Below, in pieces: positions 26,301 through 38,300 of a DNA stretch of 64,000 nt. Source of the DNA: Strigamia acuminata (taxonomy: Eukaryota); NCBI GenBank assembly GCA_949358305.1, contig OX442314.1, positions 21,080,001 to 21,144,000 on the forward strand. Reading direction: 5' to 3'. The notes beneath the pieces were generated by a model. It was given only the letters and a program-made list of their open reading frames with translations. It ran no database searches and was not told the DNA's origin. The position numbers and the translations under genes are program-made. Every line of letters starts with the position of its first letter. The first letter of the stretch is position 1.

Positions 26301-29300
26301 AGGGACACCAAGAGTGCCCTCTGGTGTGTAATCTGTAATTTTGACCGGTCCTTGTTGACCGGAAGTTGACCCCGTTTTTGGGATTGACCACCATCTTTTT
26401 TACCTGTATCATCGTGTGTCACCACGCGATTTTCCTTGTTAAAATCTTCAACGATTAAAATTAGTTAAGTTTAAAAATACGTCTCAAATTGTTGCTCGCG
26501 CGTGCTGCAATCGCAGCTAGATTATTTCGAAGTCTCGAAATTGGTGCCGAAACCCGGGAGAAAAATCCAGGAACCTGAAGAACTGAAATCTATAAAAACC
26601 GCAAGTAAAATTTGAGAAAAATAAAAAATGGCCGAAGATCTCAACGTGATCAAGTCACAACGAACAGTGGCCAGAAGAATGACGACCGCCACTATAACCA
26701 AGGCGAAAACGATTCTTGCGGCAATACCACAGAATGAACTCGAACTAAAAAAAATTAAGGCCAACCTGAAGGCCAAGTCCGCCGAATTAAAGGCGTTAGA
26801 CGGAAAAATATTGGCGGCGTTGGTTGACGACGACGAGATCGACCAAGAAATCACACAGTGCGAAACTAATTATAATGAGAAGATAATCGACTGCGAGGTC
26901 GAGCTCGAAGAAGCGCTGAAGAAAATGAATGCGCTGGCAATCGCCCCGCCACTCGCCCCGATCACCAACAATTACCATGGTACCGTTAATGCCCCGCACG
27001 AGACGACGATGCGACTCCCCAAGTACGAGGCCATAAAATTCAGTGGCGACCCCCTCGAATGGGATGATTTCTGGGGGAATTTCGAAATCAGCATCGATTC
27101 GAAGCCTAACATCACAAATAAAAGCAAGTTAGTGTATTTAAAGTCGTATTTGGACGGTGAAGCGGCGCTCGTGTTGAAAGGACTGCCGCCAACTGATGAG
27201 AATTACCCCGTCGCCAAGGAACTTTTAATTGAACGTTACGGGCGAAGTGACGTTATTCTCAGTGCGCACATGAGAGCGTTAATGAAAATGCAACCTGTAA
27301 AAGATATTTTAGACCCCGTGCCTCTTCAAAAGCTCTACGACCGCTGCGAGTCACACGTGCGCGGATTGTTGGCGTCAAAAATGAACACTGAAGCTATCGA
27401 TGCGACAGCTTGTCCGCTGATATTGGGTTTGGTCCCAAAACAAATTTCACTAGACTTTTCGCGACAACACCCTGATGGGAAATACAAAGCAAAAGACTTA
27501 TTGGACATGATTCGAGCTGAACTAATTCATCATAGCAAAATTGATAGTTTTCAGGACCTGCATCGCACTAAAGACCAGGAGAAGTCGGGAAAAGCAGAAA
27601 AACAGGACACGGAGAAGACATTTCGCAAGAACAACGATCGTGTCCCGTCTGCTCGAGTATTGAGCACGATGATCGCCAACTGCATGTTTTGCAGTAAGAC
27701 CCACGAACGTGACGGCTGTTCCACGACTGCAGCGGAGCGAAAAGAATACGTGGTTAAAAATGGACGGTGTTTTAAGTGCTTAAAAAAGGGGCACACGTCG
27801 AAAACGTGCTCCTACCGAATCACGTGTAAGATTTGCCAACGAAATCACAATCCTTTGGTGTGTGATGGAGCGAGGAAAACCGTTAATGAAAGTTTGACCA
27901 CTCACGTGGCTACGTGTGCAGAATTATCAGCGTTCGTCCCTCCTCCTGCTGCAGCGTTGGCGTCAATTTTTGTGCGTGTTGTGCATCAATCAAAAGAAGC
28001 GATCGTGCAGTGTCTTCTCGACCCCGGCAGCCAAACGACATTCGTGTTGTCCAGTCTTGCTAAAGACTTGGGGTTGCAATCGAAAGGAACTGAAAATTTG
28101 TCCGTACTGACTTTTGGCAGTCAAGTGTCGCAAAGTGCAAAGCGAGAACGATTCGAGTTGAATTTGTGCAACGTGGACGACAAGAATAAATCGCTCACGG
28201 TCACAGCAATCGAGACGCCGTGGATAACGCGGCCGATAAAAACTGAGTTGCAGGCTGGCTTGCGAGCCGCCTTAGCACGCAACAATATTGTAATAAATTT
28301 TGAACAATACACTAATTTTGATGTTTTTTGTTTGATAGGCGCCGATAATATCGCTAAAATTTTGACTGGACGTCTCGAGAAGTTTGAAGAGGATCTGGTG
28401 GCAATCGAAACAATTTTTGGCTGGGCGTTGATGGGTAGCTCGCCCAACGTGACGACTTTGTCTACAATGGTCACCCGCGTATTCAACGTGCGGCTCGACG
28501 ACCGCTTAGATGACCATCTTAAACAATTCTGGGAACTCGAAGCGATTGGAATCCGACACGAGTCCATTGACGAGTCGCCAACAGATCGCAACACGTGCAC
28601 AAAGCGCTTCCGCGAGCTGGTGACGCGAGAGGACGGACGATATGTGGTGCCACTACCGTGGTTAGTCGATGCCAGTCAACTCAACAACAATTTTGAAGTA
28701 GCCAAGCGGAGATTTTGGCATTTGGTGCGCAAGTTCAAGAAGAACCCCGGCTTTTATCAAGCTTACAAAAAAATCTTCGACGATCAGCTGAAAAACGACA
28801 TCATCGAAGAAGTGAAAGTGCAAGACCCAGAACATTCATATTTTATGCCGCATCGTGCAGTTGTGCGAGAGGATCGTGCGACGACAAAAATTCGTATTGT
28901 TTTCGACGCGTCATCAAAGGGAAAGAACGAGCTTTCGCTGAACGATTGTTTGGACAGCGGCCCCAATTTGTTACCGGAAATATTGAAACTTTTGGTGCTA
29001 TTCCGACGTGAGCTTGTAGCGTACATCTCGGACATCGAAAAAGCATTTTTGCAGCTTCTGCTAAGACTTTGCGACCGGAACTTTGTTAGTTTTTTGTGGG
29101 TACCAGAGAATTGGGACGGTTTGGAATTCCTCGTGCCAAGAATTATGCGTCAGAAGCGAGTCACGTTTGGAGTCAGTTCCAGTCCCTACTCGTTAAACGA
29201 CACGATCCAAATGCATCTGGACGAAATGGAGAATTTGTATCCGGACACCGTCAAGCAGATTCGAGAGAAATTTTACGTGGACGACCTTCTGGATTCGATG

Positions 29301-32300
29301 CGAGCTGAAAATCAAGTTTTGACCGTTTTTTATGAGGCGCGGAAGTTGATGATGGACGCGCATTTGCCTTTAAGAAAATGGCATTCGAATTCTCCACGAC
29401 TACGAGAAATATTTGCTAAGGAGATCCCCGAAGATGAAGAAATTATCGCCGCCGAAAATGGTCAAACTACCGTGCTAGGTTTGATTTGGAATTACGAGAC
29501 CGATAGACTTCAACTCGAAATAGGAGAATGGGCTGAAAAGAAACCAGAAAGCGGTCAAGGATCGAAGAGGGCGATTGTACAAGCAGTGGCGAAAATTTAT
29601 GACCCGTTGGGCTTCGCCTCACCATTCGCGATCGTCGGAAAACTCATGTTTCAGGAGTTGTGGTCCAGAAAAATCGATTGGGACGTCCCCTTGCCCCCCG
29701 ACATTGCCAAGCGGTGGTGTGAATGGTACGAACAGGTGACAACATTACGAACAATCTCAGTCAAACGACCGTACAGTCCAAACTTGAGCGACAACTCTCA
29801 ACAGGAAATTCATCTCTTTTGCGACGCGAGTCCGAAGGCGTACGGCGTCGTAGTTTACGTGCGCACAGAAACAAATGGAACTGTCGACGTGTCGTTGTGC
29901 ATGTCCAAGTCACGCGTTGCGCCGTTGAAGCCACTTACTTTGCCAAAATTGGAACTCATGAGCGCCCTTTTGTCATCACGCGTTGCAGTGAAGTTACGAG
30001 TTTTGGAAATCAAGAAAATGCATTGTTGGACCGACTCTTCAATTACATACTTTTGGATCCAACAGCAACAGAAGAAAACTAATCCTTTCATCGCGAATCG
30101 AGTACGGGAAATTCGTACAAACACCGACGTCGAATCTTGGCGACACTGCCCCGGCAGGGTAAATCCTGCGGATAAATTGACGAGAGGGATGGAAGCAGTG
30201 AAACTGGTTGACGATAACGAGTGGTGGCAGGGCCCCGAGTGGCTACGAAAAGGTGAAGAACATTGGCCACAAGAAATAAGCGCAGAATTAGAAACCCAAC
30301 TTGAAGAGTTCGAAGAAAATTGCACGAGCGTCAACGCGACTCGATCGGCGGAAAAAATGGAGCCGATATTCGCCCTGGAAAACTACAGCAGTTGGACAAG
30401 AGTCGTAAGGATCACAGCCTGGATGCTACGCTTCATTCGAAACTCGAGAAAGAATCAATCAATTGTCGGACCGCTGAAAACTGAGGAAATCGAGGCAGCA
30501 GAAACATATTGGTTCCGCCATGCTCAGCGTTCAAGGTTCGCAGAGGAATTGGATTGCGTGCAGAGCGCTGTGAAATTAAACAGAGAATCACCGCTATCGC
30601 AAGTGGAATTAATCATCGACGAGAGAGAAGTACTAAGAATAAATTCTCGAATTCGCGACCACATCGGATCGAAAAACTTCATTTATCCAGTCGTATTGGA
30701 CGCGGACTCGCCGATGACCAAATTGATAATAAGGGACTGTCATTTACGTGCCTTGCATGGAGGACTGGGAGATACGTTGGCAGAATTTCGCTCAAGATTT
30801 TGGACCCGAAGAGCCAGAAAAACGATAAAAAGTTACGTGTCCAAATGCATAACGTGCCGTCGCGTGAACTCGAAGCTGATGACACAAGCCATCGGGCTTC
30901 TCCCTTCTGACCGCATCAATCGTGCTGCCCCCTTCCAGATAATAGGCGTGGATTTCGCGGGCCCACTTTACATGCGGAGTGGCGAGAAATGTTATATCGC
31001 ATTATTCACCTGCGCGGTAGTACGAGCCGTACATCTGGAGTTAGTTTCAGACCTGACGACAGAAAAGTTTATTCTGGCATTCAAACGTTTGATATCACGA
31101 CGAGGAATTCCGAGTATCGTGTATTCGGACAACGCAAAAACGTTTAAGCGGGCAGAAAAGGATTTGGCGCTGTTCATAAATGGATTTGCAGGCGAAGAGT
31201 TCCAGGGATTTTTATCTCACAACAAGATACAATGGAAATTCATTGTCGAGTTGGCTCCTTGGTGGGGAGGCTTTTGGGAGCGCCTCGTCAAGACGGTCAA
31301 ATTGAGTCTGAAGAAAGTTCTGGGAAGATCGTCGCTTTGTTTTGAGGGACTGACAACTGTATTGACGGAGGTCGAAGCAATAATAAACTCGCGCCCTATA
31401 ACCTACGTGACGGACGATCCGACAGAGCAAGAACCGCTGTCGCCATCACATTTTTTGATCGGGACCCGAATTTCAAGTTTGCCCGACATTTACAACTCGG
31501 AGCATCACGTCGATATTTCGAAGAGAACGGAGTTAGTTAAACGATGGAAGTTGCGCCAGAGATTTACAAATTTATTGTGGCGTCGTTGGTCCCATGAGTA
31601 CCTCGTGGAGTTGAGGGAATTTCGACGAGTACGAGCATCTAAAGAGATTTGCGTTAACGATTTAGTCCTCGTGCAGGAACAGGGTCAGCCACGCATGACG
31701 TGGAAGACGGCGAAAATTACGAAGACGTTTGACGGTAGAGATGGGAAAATTCGATCTTGCGAGATGATGCTGCCGGGAGGGAAAACGTTAAGAAGACCGG
31801 TGCAGAGACTTTGCTCGTTGGAAGTCGCCGACGACAATTAGATTTGTGGTTTTTTCCCCCGGCAATGTAAAATCCAGATTTGGATTTAATGTTTAGTAAT
31901 GATTTCAATTTATGTTTAATTTTAGTGTTTTATTTCGAAAAGTGTTTTAAGTCTCTTTGTAATTGTTTTTATCGAATATCGAATTGTATTGGTAATGTTT
32001 TAACGACAATAGTGTTTTTTGATCGAGGGACACCAAGAGTGCCCTCTGGTGTGTAATCTGTAATTTTGACCGGTCCTTGTTGACCGGAAGTTGACCCCGT
32101 TTTTGGGATTGACCACCATCTTTTTTACCTGTATCATCGTGTGTCACCACGCGATTTTCCTTGTTAAAATCTTCAACGATTAAAATTAGTTAAGTTTAAA
32201 AATACGTCTCAAATTGTTGCTCGCGCGTGCTGCAATCGCAGCTAGATTATTTCGAAGTCTCGAAATATTTTCACCATGAACTTGACGAATTGGTGCCGAA

Positions 32301-35300
32301 TAGTCTGCTGTAAACTGAACAAGGGCAGAACCCAACGCAAACAGATGTTGGCAGGTGTAATTTAACTTTTACCAGTTGTTTACTGAATTTTATTAGTTGT
32401 GGCATTGTTTACATTAGGGTTGACAAATATATTATGTAATTTACACTCTGTAAACCCCCGAATTGACTGAAAAAATTTCATCAAGTGATCTTGATTTCCA
32501 AATAACAAAAATCAAGATTATTTCAAGACATTTTTTCACTCAATGCAATAAATGAATGTATTCGTTTTTGGGCTTGTTTATAGTATAGTTTTTGGGTCTC
32601 ATACTCGGTCTTGCAAGTAAATGGCAATTAAAAATTTCGTCATTTCAATCAACTAACGAATTTTGGCTCACTTGTTTGAGCACTTTGTTTGAGCGCTTTA
32701 GGGAGTAAATGCATAGCCTGAAAACAGCATCACGATTGAAAAGTTTGACCCCTTCGTGGCATCCATTTTGAATTTGGTTGTACAAAAAAACCCCACCTAA
32801 CCCACTTCAAAAACAATTTCTGCGTTGTTTTTGTTTTTGCGGATTTTGGTGATGGTTTTTAGCTGTTTTTTGTTTCCATTATGTTTAGAGAAACTCCATA
32901 AACGGTAAAAACAGGAACTTTGATTGCATACGTTATATTTATTTAACTCTTGAACTCGTGGCTGGGGGATACGAACGTATACAGTATTATTACAAATTCA
33001 AATTCCGAAAAAAAAAATGTAATTGATCCAAGCTGCATTTGATATGTTTCTTTTCAGTCAGTTTATGTCATTACTTTTGTAGACAGTATGTAAAAAGAGC
33101 AATTGTCATTTATTTTTTCTTTTTTGGGCTTCATCCAAAGTGGAATTGCTTCGCTTTAATGTGTAGTTTTTTGGGGGTCTTTTTTAACGGCAATGTTATT
33201 AAGGGGCCCATAAGACAACAAAGTCTTCATCAACATAGTTTCTGAACAGCACGAGGTTCATTAAGCCTCTCTCTACCACCTCACTCTTCCTTCTCCGACC
33301 CATCTTACACCACACCACCCCGCATCCTCTGATCTGTGTTACAGTTTGTAATTACAACCCCGGTTATACGGGCACTCACCTCTGTGTAGGGAAGAAAATC
33401 CAGCAGCTGATTGGTTTGTTCTTCTAATCAGGATTTCAGCCCTCCCAGTTTTTATAATATTCAGTCGCTGGGCAATCTCCATCTCCTAAATACTAAATTT
33501 CAATTTTCAAGTGTTTGCTTATAAATTATTTATCATTTTTTTTTTGCTGCAACTGAAAGTTAGTAAACAGTTGAAAATTGTTTTTTTTATTTTATTTTAT
33601 TTTTTTGCTTTTTTATTTCCAAAGTAATTTCGGGAAGATAAACTGTTTACAACTAATAGAAAAAAAAACTAATAGAGGAAATAGGAAATGTTTTTAACAT
33701 TTTGAAAATAGAAATTTTGTGCTGCAAAGCAGGAAAGCATTGGGGCAGCATGTCAACAAATAATTTCTTCTATGCGTGTGCGTGGGGGAAAGGAAGAAAA
33801 AATGATTGTAATTAGTTTCCATAATGAAATATTATCCAGATCTATTTTTTAGTAGGCTTTGTGGTAGAAAATAGTTAATTTATCTTTTCGTATGAATAAA
33901 GAAAAGGTTCCGATGAATAAATGTATGTTGTGTGATGAATTTTACTGCTTAGGTCAATATCTATGGCAGTAATGGAAGAGAGAAAAAAAATGTATTGATT
34001 TTACAATTATGCACTATCATTAAAAGTTGATAGGCACCTTTCTCTCTTCAACATTGGTCTTTTTTTTTTAAGGGAAATGTTGCACACGAAGTCTTAATTT
34101 CTCAGTTTAAGTTAAATTATGGTGCAATGAAACACGTAAGGATTGTGAAAATGAGATTTGTGAGTTATTAACTTGAAGTTTGTATAGTTTCAATGACTTA
34201 CACAGAACTTGAATAGAATAAGTTTTGTTTATGGTGTCATTTTTTAAGCGTGGAAGGGATAATAATATCTTATAATACCTTTAATCTCCGTTTGTTTCGA
34301 CAAATTTACGGTGACGTTTCTAGATTCGTCAACACCTGTCAGTGTTCTAAGTCGTATATTTAATGCTTTAAAAGGTCCAGTTTGGAATAAATGACAGCCA
34401 TAAATTTTCGACTTCCGGTTTCTGCGTTTCAACGTCAACGAGTTTAATGACAGTGGGGGTTTGTAATTTGTTTAGTTGTATTTATATAACATTTGGTTTT
34501 AAGCTTATATATATATATTTTTCTTTTAGTAGAGTAAATATTTGCTCTAACAGAAATCATTTGCAGAGACTTAGTAATTTTATTTAAATTGAATTTACAC
34601 AGCAACTTTTGCATTAAAATCTAGTGCTAGTGGAATTTGGTTTGACAGCTCTCTTTTCGATGAAAGCCAGCTGTGAAATATTAGTTTTAATGATGAGCTG
34701 GGAAGAAATTGTAGTACTACTGAAGTAGCTCATTGTAAATAAAGTAAAAAAAAAAAAATTATTAATAAATTAATAAAAATAAGTAAAATACTAACAAGGA
34801 GACCGCAGGAGTGTGTAATCCACAATTGTTGAAATTTGTTTAAAATAACGTATTGTTATTATCTAAACAGTCAATACTTTCTTTATTTAAATCCACCTCT
34901 CTCTCACATTGTTACAAACAGTTACAACATACAGAATTCTTTATTGTGTGTTGTAACACTACTTTCTTATTTTTTGAGTAAAAATGGCAAATTTATGAAT
35001 AGTGAATTATGAATTATGAGTTATGAGTAGTTATGATGTCACATGTCACATGTCCAGCAGCCTATTTATTAAGTGTAATGATAAAATTGGCCTTTTTACT
35101 CAAAAAATAAAAAAGTAGTGTTACTACACACAGTAAAGAATTCTGTGTGTTGTAACTGTTTGTAACAATGTGAGAGAGAGGTGGATTTAAATAACGAAAG
35201 TATTGACTGTTTAGATAATAATAATACTTGATTTAAAAAAAAATGTAAACATTTTTGGATTACACACTTTTGCCGTCTCCTTGTAAAGTTAGAATTTTTT

Positions 35301-38300
35301 TTAAAAAATAAATGATTTGTTGATATATTTTCCATTTTTAAATTTGTATGCAGGACGGAAATAAGTTATTTTTTAATGTAACGCTTCTAATAAAAGCTCC
35401 ATTTTATTCGTATTTTTTTCACGTACAAAAATCTAGCCATTTTATGACTAGATCATTTTCCTCTTTTATGTTTCTATTTTTTTTTACCTTGATATCAGAT
35501 TTTTTTTTATAATGCAAATTTTATGGAACTGCCTACTATTTGGTGGGACCCCATAGGTACATTGTCACGAGCTTTTCCATTTTTTAAAACTTCTATGTGA
35601 CTTTTCTAGGAACTGCATGTAGTTATTATAACTTCAGAGGTTTCTTTTGCATATATATTTGGAAAGATGGAGTTAGAAACTTTCTTTGAAAAAGAACAGA
35701 TGCAAAGAGGATTTGATTTTAATTGGAATAAGTTTGAAAGGAAAGGAACGAATTCAAAATTCAACATTTCTTTATTTGCTTTGAAAATGTGACATTATTC
35801 GATCCATCAACAGGCACCAACTTGCAACTGTCCAGCTGACCAGTGGCTGTCGCTTGCAGCAGGCTGACCTGGTCTTAACCTGTATTTTTTTTCAAAGTTA
35901 TTCAGTTTTTAAAGGATTCCAGTTTTGGTTTCAGGAGATCGAAATTGGAGCAAATTCTGGTGGAATTCAGACGTGTGAATTGATGCTGAAAACTCTACTG
36001 GATTGCGTTTATATGCTGCCTCAGTTTAGATATAATCTGACGAAGTAAACTCCAGAGACTTGAAATTATTACTGCTTTTTATGTTATGTTAGCGTATATT
36101 ATTCCTATGTTTGCCATTCTTGCTGCTCACTAAATAAACCCCATTATTTATTTTTATCTGTGCCTAGAGAGTTGCATCCTTTCAAAATAATTAAAATTGA
36201 AGAAAAAATGTCAGTAAACAGCGCAATTAAAATTACTAGCAGCTTGCAAAATGCAAGGTAAATTTGTAGAAAAGATAAAATCATTTTCTGTTTTCACACT
36301 TTGAAATGCCGCGCTCCTCCCATTACGACGCAAAAGAAATTTAATTCTTTCTTTTTATTGTTTCATTCTTCAGGTTTAAGCGAAAGTTCTCCGGGATAAG
36401 AGAAAAGGAAATAAATAATGTAAAATTACTAGGCAATTTTGGTTTTTCTCTCTTTTTTTCTTGTAAGTTTGAAATTAAGGAAATGGTTGAGGTAAATAAA
36501 TTATCTTGCGGAGAAAGATGATATTTGATGATGGATAGTTGTTGCCGTGGTAACAGTAGAGGATGATGTATGGAAATCGTGGCTGTAAAATGCTGTGAAG
36601 CTGGTGGCACATTGCGGCTGTGAAATATACATTACGCTCCAGCCACAGGCAATAAATTGTATCAGAGATGCTCTTGGGTTGAAAAGGTATAGGGTAAACA
36701 TAAATTAAATATATTTGCATCTCTTTTTCCTTGAGATAAAACGATACCAAAGTGGTTTGACATTAATGTACTTTTATTCTTTTGCTCTTATTATTGCGAT
36801 GACATTTTTTGAAGCAGTTTATTGCTGGCAATGTTGTAGTTGTATGTGTACACCATTTTGCACACCTGCAATTACATTTGAACAAAATGTATGTCTATAT
36901 TCACAACTTGTATTTCACATGCTTATCACTTTAGTGTTTTATTAAAAGGAATTTGAATGACAATTAAACCACTGGAGATGGCTGGGAACAGCCGAAAGGC
37001 CTTTGGAAAGACTAGCGTATTTTAATTGTCACTTTAAAATTCTTTTTGATAATGTACGTCTATATTTTTCTTTAATAATCGGAGGTACAGTCGGATTTTG
37101 ACAAGTAATTGCACACATGCGTACACAGTTTGTGCAAACATCTCTGCAGACGTCTGCTTTTCGAGTGTTTGTCCGTATTAAATCGGATGTGATAAGAGCG
37201 GCGATGTGTGGAGGTTGAGTATCCAAAATGGCCGTAACAATTGCAGACGAAGCGCGAAAAATGAAATCTTACGATCTATTTACAGGATTTTTTAAAGTTG
37301 GTTATTGTTTCTTATGTGGAGGCAAAGTGGAAATTTAAATGTCTGATTAGCTGAGTTGTTGCCTGTAAATGTTCGCATTTATCTTGCTCATTATCACAGA
37401 TTTAATGGTTTAAATGTTTTCCACTATGAATTGCAGCATTACCGTAGATATTTATGTAATTAATGCACGTAAAATTGAAATTTATAGTTTGAGTTTTATG
37501 TTTAGTTCATTTAAATCTTTTTTCTTCTATTTAAGCAATGTTTTATGCTCTGTGCTAATCCTTAATTAGATGAATCTTGATCAAATGTGTCTCAAACCAA
37601 ACCCCATTCATATCTTTTTTAGCTCTTGTGGAAAGCTCTTGATCTGCTTCCTGTTGGTGGCATTAGCAATGTGTCTTGGTTTATTCTTGGAGAAAACAAA
37701 AAGACAGCCATTACTCAAACATGCAAAGGGGAAGGAAAAGCTCACTTTTAGCTCACTGCTTTCATTGATGTAATTCATTTGCCATTGTCACTTCACTGAG
37801 GCGTTACTAAAGGGGTGTGAAAGGCTATTATGTTAGCGTGGTGTTTAGTCTTACCCCTCTTCCTCATCTGGAAACAAAAACAAGAATTTCGGCTGGTTTA
37901 ATGAACAACAACATGGAGAGACATAAATTTTCAACGCTACTTGTTTTTAAATAGGTCTTTGAATGGATGCGGAAGAGTTAATTATCAATTGTAATGCATG
38001 TAATGGGTGAAGTGAACAAAAAATAAGAAAAGGAGCTTTTGATGAGGTTAGAATAAGGTTGCTAAGTGAAATTAGGGTTTTGGTCTTGCATAGAATTTTG
38101 GCATGTGGTAAACGAAGCAGTGCTTTATGGGTCAGCGTTTGGGTTGTATTGTGACACATTTTGCTCATGTAATTCTGCCTAATCTAGAGTAATTGGAGTT
38201 TTGAAAGGGTTGTAAGGGGAAATGGAATTTAATTTAACTTGATAAAGGGGATACGTTTATTTTGAATTTTAAAATTTGGGGATGATAAATTTCGTTTTCT

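Larger units (their letters stand above)
26141..32265 (+). mobile_element. Full-length BEL/Pao (Belpaoviridae) LTR retrotransposon, 6125 bp, in a TMTC3 intron, same orientation as the host gene
   Basis: Two 400-bp direct LTRs, TATTT TSD at 26136-26140 and 32266-32270, tRNA-Phe PBS, and a single gag-PR-RT-RH-IN ORF with three Cys/His knuckles typical of BEL/Pao. Confidence 0.97.

Noticed and set aside
26222..26425. Identical 67-aa minus-strand ORFs at 26222-26425 and 31947-32150
   Set aside because: Both lie inside the two LTR copies; the duplication reflects LTR identity, not a gene pair
31842..31865. Possible env or extra ORF in the BEL element
   Set aside because: Only 24 nt between the pol stop and the 3' LTR; no room
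26522..31908. Numerous antisense or alternate-frame ORFs overlapping the polyprotein
   Set aside because: Shadow ORFs of a long GC-richer coding region; no recognisable motifs
35430..35465. tgactagatc resembling the miR-279 5' end; also a miR-219-like 12-mer on the minus strand near 58004-58015
   Set aside because: Similarity stops after 10-12 nt and there is no pre-miRNA-sized hairpin
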